A stretch of 64,000 nt of DNA from contig JAXHVD010000002.1 of the NCBI GenBank assembly GCA_034189385.1, forward strand, positions 185,893 through 249,892. Direction: 5' to 3'. Made by a program: the position numbers and the translations under genes. Positions 1 to 6,917 of the stretch are shown here, piece by piece. A model generated the notes under the pieces. It was not told the origin of the DNA and searched no databases. It saw nothing but the letters and a program-made list of their open reading frames with translations. This stretch comes from Thermodesulfobacteriota bacterium. GTDB lineage: Bacteria > Desulfobacterota > Desulfobacteria > Desulfobacterales > C00003060. How positions within the stretch are numbered: position 1 is the first letter of the stretch; the number at the start of each line of letters is the position of its first letter.

Positions 1-475
1 ACAGGAGTCATGTAGGATGAGGGAATGGGAAATTGTACAAAATAACGCACTGTTATCAATAGAAAAATCATGGCGGGCCCCGGGCTCGCGGCACGTCCCG
101 GTGTGGGGTTGCTATTCTGTGTTCTTTGAGATTAGGATCAAATTTGATTGGAAATAGAATCGGTGCGAATCCATTTTGCTCACTCCGTGAGCATGTTAGC
201 AGCGTCTGCTTAACTCTGGTAGGTCACGAAAAGTCCGGCCTCGTGGCCCTACAAAAGTCAGCGACTCGCAACGCTTCAGTCGAGCAGGCGTCTTAGTCTT
301 AAAAGGGTAGCATGTTTTTCGCAATTGGCCGTGGCTTTTGTGCTGTTGCTATTTTCTTAATGAAAGGGGGTGAAACACCAAGAGATGGAAAGAGCCTTTC
401 CTGTGTGCCCTTGTGCACAAAGGAAGGACCCTTGTAACCTTTAGACATAGTTTGACAAAGGGGGGAGACACAACA

Positions 476-1711
476 ATGAATATTACCAGAAGGCAATTTT
501 TGCACTACTGCACTGCCTCTGCCGCCGCCCTGGGCCTCAGCCAGATGGATCTCTTGAAGCTGGAAAAGGCCTTGGCGACACCGCAGACAGGCTGCGGCAG
601 CCCGACACCTTCGGTGATCTGGATGACTGGCCAGGCATGCTCCGGATGCCAGACATCGCTGCTGAACCGGGTGGTGGATACTGGTGGCACGGGCTACTAT
701 GATGCAGATTTGTTGAATGCCCTTACCGGCGGCGCATTTCCTCAAGGGGTCCCCAGCGATCCTATTCCGGAATTGAACGTGGTAAACGACGTGGCGGATC
801 TGCTGGTGGGCGATGCCGTTGGCACCCTGGTGCCGGCCATCACCCCAAGGGGCCTCACGTGGGCGCCATTTTCGAATGGTTACGTCACGCTGGAGTGGCT
901 GACCACGGTGAACGCCGGCGCCGGCGACATTAATGTCCAGCACATCAAGAACATCGTCAATACCGGCGGTTTTTTTCTGTTGCTGGACGGCTCGATTCCT
1001 GTGTTAGATGAGAATTTCTGTCTCGTCTTTGATAACGAGGTGAATGACGGTGTGGGAGGGACCAAGATCATTTCCAGCCTTCCGCTCGGGCCGATTACCC
1101 TGTCTGATGCCCTCAGGTGGATGATACCACAGGCAGCTGCCTGCATCAGCGTGGGCACATGTTCTGCCTTTGGAGGCATCCCGTCCGGCAAGAAGAACAA
1201 GACGGGCGCCATAGGGCTTCAGCAATTCATGAGCGATAATTCGCTTTCCAAGCCGTTGATCAATGTGCCCGGCTGTCCGCCTCATCCGGACTGGATCGTC
1301 TATCCGGTGGCACAGATCCTGATTCACGGCCTGCCGTCCGTACTGGCTCCAGGTTGGCTGGACGCCTGGGGCAGGCCAGCAGCGACTTTCGGCAATCAGC
1401 CCTTCTGCTCAGCGGCAGGTTCTTCCTGTGCGAACCACCCGTCCATGGGTGCGGGCTTTGCCCAACACCTGGGTGACGACGGTTGCCAGGGGAACATGGG
1501 CTGTAAGGGGCCCATCACCTTTGGGGATTGCCCTTCCCGTCAGAAGAACGTGTTCGACGACGGCACAGTGAACAACTGGTGTTCTGCCGGCTCCCGAGGG
1601 CCCAATATCGCCCAGGCCCGGCACGTTTGCCAGAGTTGTATTCAACCGGACTTTCCGGATCCACCAACATCCCCATTCTACGAGCCGGCATCCGGCGCTA
1701 GCCCGGTTTAA
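476..1711 (+). CDS. [NiFe]-hydrogenase small subunit, Tat-exported (group 1-like), 411 aa
   Basis: ATG at 476 after a GGGGGAGA RBS. Tat motif ITRRQFL. Proximal cluster motifs CSGC, VGTCSAFGG and VPGCPPHPDW; distal/medial region GC..MGCKGP..DCP..NNWC..CQSC. No C-terminal TM anchor. Confidence 0.95.
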   Translation: MNITRRQFLHYCTASAAALGLSQMDLLKLEKALATPQTGCGSPTPSVIWMTGQACSGCQTSLLNRVVDTGGTGYYDADLLNALTGGAFPQGVPSDPIPELNVVNDVADLLVGDAVGTLVPAITPRGLTWAPFSNGYVTLEWLTTVNAGAGDINVQHIKNIVNTGGFFLLLDGSIPVLDENFCLVFDNEVNDGVGGTKIISSLPLGPITLSDALRWMIPQAAACISVGTCSAFGGIPSGKKNKTGAIGLQQFMSDNSLSKPLINVPGCPPHPDWIVYPVAQILIHGLPSVLAPGWLDAWGRPAATFGNQPFCSAAGSSCANHPSMGAGFAQHLGDDGCQGNMGCKGPITFGDCPSRQKNVFDDGTVNNWCSAGSRGPNIAQARHVCQSCIQPDFPDPPTSPFYEPASGASPV

Positions 1712-1726
1712 AGGAGGTGAAATAGC

Positions 1727-4066
1727 ATGGCAACACTAAGAATAGCACCTGTTAATAGAATCGAAGGACATATGGATGTCTCGGCCACGACCGATGTGAA
1801 CAAGGTCGTCACTCACGTAGACAACGAGGTAGTCATGTTCCGCGGCCTTGAAAATGTCATGGTCAAGCGGGACCCGCGGGACGCACCCATTATCACGCCA
1901 CGTACCTGAGGCGTCTGACCGATTACACATGGCTCGGCGAGCCATAAAGCGGTTGGAGAGGCCTATGGGTTCAAGGTGGACTACTCTCACTCAAACACTG
2001 GTGGCTATCCAGGCGGACCTGCCGATTTTTGGGCAAACAACGCCAGCGGAACGCCCACCATCAACAAACTGTATGAGGATGTTCCGGCCAATGGCGTATT
2101 GCTCAGAAACCTGGCCATGGCGTCCAACTACCTCATGTCCCACATTCTGCATTTCTACCATCTGGTAGCCTTGGATTATGTGGATGTAAACGGCACGGGG
2201 CTGATCCCGAAAGGGTTCCTCTGCCCGAACTATGACAGTAACTACTACGCCAGGGGGATCGACCCTGTCTTGCAGACAGGCGGTCTCGGAGCGCCGGCGT
2301 ACACGGTCAACAATGCCCCTGTGGCGAACCCAAACGTTCCCGCAGGCGTTGCCGGCGATCTCACCCCCTACCTTGCAGGACAGTATGTGCGCGCCTTAAA
2401 GGCGCGCCGGATGGCCCATCAGCTCGGCGCCATCTTTGCGGGCAAGATGCCCCATGCCTCCTGTTTCACACCGGGGTGCGTAACGACTAAGTCGTACGAT
2501 CCCACGCCGGGCGGCTCTGACGCTGCCGTGGTGAACAAGGTTCACGAGCTACTCTACGGTGGGCCCGGATTTGACGCGACCGCCCCGGGTGCACTCACCA
2601 TGTCCAACCCCCATCCGGAAAGCCTCATGGGCTTTATCGGAAAGCCCAGCGATTTCTGGAATTGGGCTGCGGACGCCAGTGGATCCACAGGCGGTTTGGG
2701 CTTTGGCTTTGCGCCCGAGTTTCTCCCGCCATGGGCAGCCGCTGGTGCGGCAACCGCAGGACCACTGGCCGGCCTCCTTGGGTCAGGGCCGTGGACACAC
2801 GGCGGCACCTTCATGTTTGATACGGTGGCCGCTGCCCACTGCTTCCCCGAGTACTTCTGGATCGGTTCCGGCTACGGCCGTTACCTGGCCTGGGGGATCT
2901 TTGAGGGGGCAGCCCCAGGGCACCCGGACGAAAGGCTCCTGACCAGGGGTCGGGTCCACACGCCGCTGGCGCCCAATCCTCCGGGGACACCCTACGCATA
3001 TGACTACAAGCATCATGGTGCGGACCACTTGAAGGCCAAGGAGTTTACCACAAACTCCTGGTACTATGATCCCGCGGGGATCGACTACGGGCGGCACATG
3101 TGGAAGGGCAAGACCAAGCCGAGGTCCCGTGCGACCAAGCCCAGTGCCTACACCTTTGCCAAGACCCCGCGCTACAAAAACAATGCGAGCACGGCTGCCT
3201 GGGAGATTGCCGATCATCCCAACGCCGCCTATCTTCCCTACGAGGTGGGACCGCTTGCCAGGATGATATCCAATGCCTCTCTGCTGACCACACCGGGCGG
3301 CCCAGCCACAGCAGGCGAAGTGGTTGCCGTGGACAGCGGGGCCTTTGGGTGTTACTACCCGGGTATCCTCGCAGATGTGGATGCCGTTCTGGCTCCCGCA
3401 GGTGTCGGAGGACCATCGCCCATTGGCGTGTTCCCGGGCAGGGGAGTCAACATGACAGCGCACATCACCTTTCTGGCCGGTGCGGGCGTTTTCTACCTGC
3501 CGCCAAACGCCTTCTCACCACAGGTATTGGGGAACGGTTTCCACAGCGACTACATGGGCGGTGCCACGCTGGACAGGATCGCGGCCAGGACCCTGGAGAC
3601 GTACTACGTGGGGGCGCAGATGCTCAACTGGTTTAACGCCCTTAACCCAGCCGCCCAGTCCAACAAGACCCTGTTCTTTGACTATAGCGGCTTCACGAAC
3701 AAGACAGCGCCCAAGAAGGCGAAAGGCGCAGGCCTGACTGAGGCCCCAAGGGGCGCTCTCGGGCACTGGATCAAGATCGGCAAGCCTGACGGGACTTGGA
3801 AGGGCAAGACGGAAAGGTACCAGATCATCACGCCCACGGCCTGGAACATCAGCCCCAAGGATGCCGTTAATGCGACAGAGAAGACCCTGGGTCTGATGGG
3901 TCCCATTGAAAGGTGCATCTGGGGTACCCCTGTGGTGGCCGAATCAGAGCCGATCGAGGTGTTGAGGATTATCCATTCCTTTGACCCGTGCTGTGCCTGT
4001 ACGGTCCATCTGATGAACCCGAAAAAGGAGAAGGTGGCCGAGGTCACACTCGAAGCCCTCATGTAG
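1727..4066 (+). CDS. [NiFe]-hydrogenase large subunit read through two in-frame TGA codons (putative Sec61 and Sec64 in the L1 motif), 779 aa
   Basis: AAGGAGGT RBS. N-terminus PVNRIEGH...FRGLE...RDPRDA. ORFs 1727..1909 and 1976..4066 are in the same frame (249 nt offset), and the bridge reads RT-TGA(1907)-GV-TGA(1916)-PITHGSAS, matching RxCGxCPxxH. Also SHILHFYHL, EAPRGALGHW, TPTAWN, and L2 DPCCACTVH followed by an 18-aa extension. Confidence 0.93.
1917..1954 (+). promoter_or_regulatory. Putative bacterial SECIS element of the hydrogenase large subunit
   Basis: Upper stem ATGGCTC(1929-1935)/GAGCCAT(1939-1945) with a G-starting loop, beginning 10 nt after the second TGA. Lower stem GACCG(1917-1921)/CGGTT(1950-1954). 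Confidence 0.7.
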
Positions 4067-4107
4067 GAATCCATTCCAACTGGAAGGGAGTTCCTTATAA
4101 CCTTAAA

Positions 4108-4142
4108 AGAAAAGGGGCCATTTTATGGCCCCTTTTCTATTT
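4108..4142 (+). terminator. Rho-independent terminator after the hydrogenase structural genes
   Basis: AGAAAAGGGGCCAT-TTT-ATGGCCCCTTTTCT perfect hairpin with a T-rich tail. Confidence 0.8.
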
Positions 4143-4280
4143 GATCTCACAAAGCTGGCGCGACCCGCCCGTTGAGTCCTCGCAAGCCATATCGCCATAC
4201 CCATTGGAGACAGCCTGGTGTCCCAAGGAATGACTTACATAATTGGCGAGGTCGCCAAGAACGCCGGGGGGGAATATCGT

Positions 4281-4418
4281 AAATCCGAAATTCGAAAATC
4301 GAAGCACGAAACAAATTCGAATGACCAGAATTCCAATGAACGAAAAACTTCACAAACGTTTGAGGACATGATAATATTTAAATTTCTGTCATTGTTTCGG
4401 ATTTCGTGCTTCGAGTTT
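4281..4418. repeat. Intergenic imperfect inverted-repeat element
   Basis: Left arm AAATCCGAAATTCGAAAATCGAAGCACGAAACAA and right arm TTGTTTCGGATTTCGTGCTTCGAGTTT are complementary over short CGAAA-type units. Confidence 0.6.
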
Positions 4419-4555
4419 AATGTCTTGATGACTCTCCGCAGATCATGGATTACTTCCACGATACTGTTATGACGATGCGTGCGTTTTGGCGGGGAAACTG
4501 GTATACTATTAATTTTATACTTGGAACGAATCCCCGATGAACAAGGAGGCAATGA

Positions 4556-5026
4556 GTGGAGAGTGATAAGCCTATACTGGTTTTGGGCGTGGGCAACCTG
4601 CTGCTGAAAGACGAAGGGGTGGGCGTCCACGTGGCCCGAAAACTCATGGAGATGGACCTGCCGTCCCATGTGGAGGTCCTGGATGGCGGCACAGGCGGCT
4701 TTGATCTGCTGGATGAGCTCGAAGGGCGCAAAAAGGTGATCGTTGTGGATACGGCGCAGGCGGGAAAGCCTGCCGGGACCATGTATCGCATGACCACAGA
4801 GGACATTGAAAAGACGGAAAAGGCCCGCATCTCTCTCCATGAGATTGACATGACCGATCTGTTGAAGCTGGCCGACCTGTTCAAGATTGAAAAGCCAGAG
4901 ATCGTGATCATCGGCATTGAACCCAAGGACATGGAGAGCGCCAGCACGGAGCTTTCTCCGGAGATCGAGGCCCTCATTCCCAAGGTGATCGACGTTGTGC
5001 TCAAGGAAATAGGGGTAGATGAGTAG
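4556..5026 (+). CDS. Hydrogenase maturation endopeptidase (HybD/HyaD family)
   Basis: ILVLGVGNLLLKDEGVGVHV, VEVLDGGT, VIVVD, SLHE and IIGIEP motifs; adjacent to a large subunit with a cleavable C-terminal tail. Confidence 0.95.
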   Translation: MESDKPILVLGVGNLLLKDEGVGVHVARKLMEMDLPSHVEVLDGGTGGFDLLDELEGRKKVIVVDTAQAGKPAGTMYRMTTEDIEKTEKARISLHEIDMTDLLKLADLFKIEKPEIVIIGIEPKDMESASTELSPEIEALIPKVIDVVLKEIGVDE

Positions 5027-5221
5027 CACAAGTTAGCGCCTCACGGGTTGAAAAGAGGCGCGCCCCCTTATCAACCGTTAGAAATAACACCTAAAAGTGT
5101 GCTGGGGTTGCTAGAAAACGGAAGAACCCTGGTTTGAACCTTTCTGATGCAATGGGAGCCTCGGGAGTATGAAATCCGCTTCTCTTCGGCCTCCAATGCC
5201 TTTAGTAGCTGTGCGAAAATC

Positions 5222-5412
5222 GATGAGATCGCAAAAAGCACATTTTGCTCGCTCCGTGAGCCTTTTGGGCGCACCCGTAATGTTCGGCTAAAATGCTAAA
5301 ACTCTCCGCCGCGGCGGATCAAACAGTTAGCATTTCTTAACGCCAAACATCCCAAGTGCTCTTCTCCCAAAATGCTCAATGTCGTTCGCAAAAGACTTTT
5401 TACGAGTTCATC
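5222..5412. mobile_element. MITE/REP-like non-autonomous element
   Basis: Terminal inverted repeats GATGAGATCGCAAAAAG and CTTTTTACGAGTTCATC (14/17 match). The internal AAAACTC-hairpin-TCAAACAGTT core recurs at 14457-14488 and 63961-63988. Confidence 0.55.
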
Positions 5413-5542
5413 AAAGATTGGAGGTAGGAATGGCTGTAGGCCTTCGTTCAGCGAATTTCCCCATCCCTCTTTTGCCAAATCCGGGGGGTACAAGTGTTGA
5501 CAGACCTACTATGAGTGGAAACGGGGGGTGGGACAGGTGAGT

Positions 5543-5609
5543 AAGTAGTTTTCCCGCCCAGAAACCGGGTATTTTCTGGGCCAGGATAGGTGATTTCCGC
5601 AATTGCGTC
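5543..5609 (+). promoter_or_regulatory. Conserved tripartite upstream motif, copy A
   Basis: Aligns with copies at 6693, 14996 and 39831. GT cores at 5545, 5569 and 5590 (spacing 24, 21); AATTG starts 11 nt after the third core. Confidence 0.65.
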
Positions 5610-5688
5610 CTCGTACGGTTCTATGGTTCTATAATGATGGGACAGGGGCGCGAAGCGGGGCCGAGTTCGGTTATCAAAGGAGAAGCCA

Positions 5689-6636
5689 ATGATTTTGTTG
5701 AGGCGCATCTTCAGTAATAGGGGAATCATCAGGTCAAAATTGGCCTGGTTGCTTGTGGTGTTGTGTGTGGTGACCGTTCTTGTTCTTGTGAGATGGCCCA
5801 AGGAAACAAGAAAGGAATCCATAAAAACTGCATCAGTTGAAGAAGCCCAAGAAGAGGTTGTTGCTAAAGTCGCTGTGGAGGAACAAGAAACACTGCGAGA
5901 GGATCCGTTACCTGAGAAGTGGCCACAGAAAGAACCCGAAGAAGTAGAAATGGATGTGGTAATGACTTTACAAGGAGTTGTAACAAACAGTGATCCTTGC
6001 ATTCAGCTCCTTACTGTGGAGGGCTTTGATTTTGATACGGGACCTCTTGACGTGAGCGGTATTCGGGCCGGCGATGTCGTGAAAGCCCACTATGTTGAGA
6101 AAAGGCTAGGTCGGCGAAAGACCAATGTCTTGAAGTCGGTGGAATTCATTGCTGCTTCAGAGCAGAGTACTGCCCAGAGGGTCATACCCCAACGTGAAGA
6201 AGCGCCATTCAGAGCCGTGGCGGAACAAGAAGAAAATGAGGAATTCATGGAAGAAGAACCGCTACCCGAACCAGAGAAAACACTGGCAACGAGGGAACTC
6301 GCCGGGAAAGAACGATTTAATGGGCAGCATAAAGAAATAGCGGGGCCGGAATCCACTCAAGAGGGACGGCCTGAGGGAGAGAAGGAATTCGCTGAAGCTG
6401 AAGAAGAAATGTTAGAGGAGGAAGAGCAGGAAACAGACGTCACAAACACCATGGCAGGCCGGGTGACCGCTTGTGACCATTGTTTTCAGCTGATTACGGT
6501 AGGGGGCCTCGACTTCGACGGGGGGCGCCTTGACGTAAGCGGCATTCGGCCCGGCGATTATGTGGAAATAGCATATACAGAAAAGCCGTCTGGCAAGGTG
6601 ATAAAATCTATTGTGGTCATTGAAAGTAACCATTGA
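5689..6636 (+). CDS. Membrane-anchored hypothetical protein with two OB-fold-like (DUF5666-like) repeats and Glu-rich linkers
   Basis: N-terminal TM segment LAWLLVVLCVVTVLVLV. Internal duplication GVVTNSDPCIQLLTVEGFDFDTGPLDVSGIRAGDVV / GRVTACDHCFQLITVGGLDFDGGRLDVSGIRPGDYV. Confidence 0.75.
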   Translation: MILLRRIFSNRGIIRSKLAWLLVVLCVVTVLVLVRWPKETRKESIKTASVEEAQEEVVAKVAVEEQETLREDPLPEKWPQKEPEEVEMDVVMTLQGVVTNSDPCIQLLTVEGFDFDTGPLDVSGIRAGDVVKAHYVEKRLGRRKTNVLKSVEFIAASEQSTAQRVIPQREEAPFRAVAEQEENEEFMEEEPLPEPEKTLATRELAGKERFNGQHKEIAGPESTQEGRPEGEKEFAEAEEEMLEEEEQETDVTNTMAGRVTACDHCFQLITVGGLDFDGGRLDVSGIRPGDYVEIAYTEKPSGKVIKSIVVIESNH

Positions 6637-6692
6637 GCTCACCCCCAAACTCGTCGTACTTATCTAAAACCAACCTAGCAGTCCTTTTGGAT

Positions 6693-6755
6693 TAGTAGAA
6701 GTCCCACGTAAAAATCAGGTCTTTCCAACTGCGAAATCCGTAATTCCCTGAATTG
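6693..6755 (+). promoter_or_regulatory. Conserved tripartite upstream motif, copy B
   Basis: TAGTAGAAGTCCC..AAAATCAGGTCTTTCC..AAATCCGTAATTCCCTGAATTG; cores at 6695, 6719 and 6740, AATTG at 6751. Confidence 0.65.
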
Positions 6756-6917
6756 TTTCTTGGGAGCATCCGGGCTAAAAGCTTAAAAGGCTAGAAAAGT
6801 GCGCTGAATCGGCGCCTTGGCCTGTGGTTTTAATGCTCCGCGGTGTGAGTTGCGGAGGCAGCTGATGGGGTTAAACCTAACCAACCGGAATCGCTGAACG
6901 CAGAGGGAATATCCCCA

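Noticed and set aside
1907..1918. Genome-wide TGA reassignment (Trp or Gly; genetic codes 4 or 25)
   Set aside because: TGA ends many clearly complete genes here (e.g. at 6636, 14963, 16685, 24971, 41789), and the in-frame TGAs align with Cys, not Trp or Gly.
1727..1975. Large subunit as a pseudogene or a genuinely split gene (60-aa ORF plus 696-aa ORF)
   Set aside because: There is no frameshift, both stops are TGA at catalytic Cys positions, the intervening codons keep the family consensus, a SECIS-like hairpin follows, and the rest of the operon is intact.
3983..4009. Canonical [NiFeSe] hydrogenase (hysA) call
   Set aside because: The canonical Sec position in L2 is TGC (Cys), and a cleavable C-terminal tail is present.
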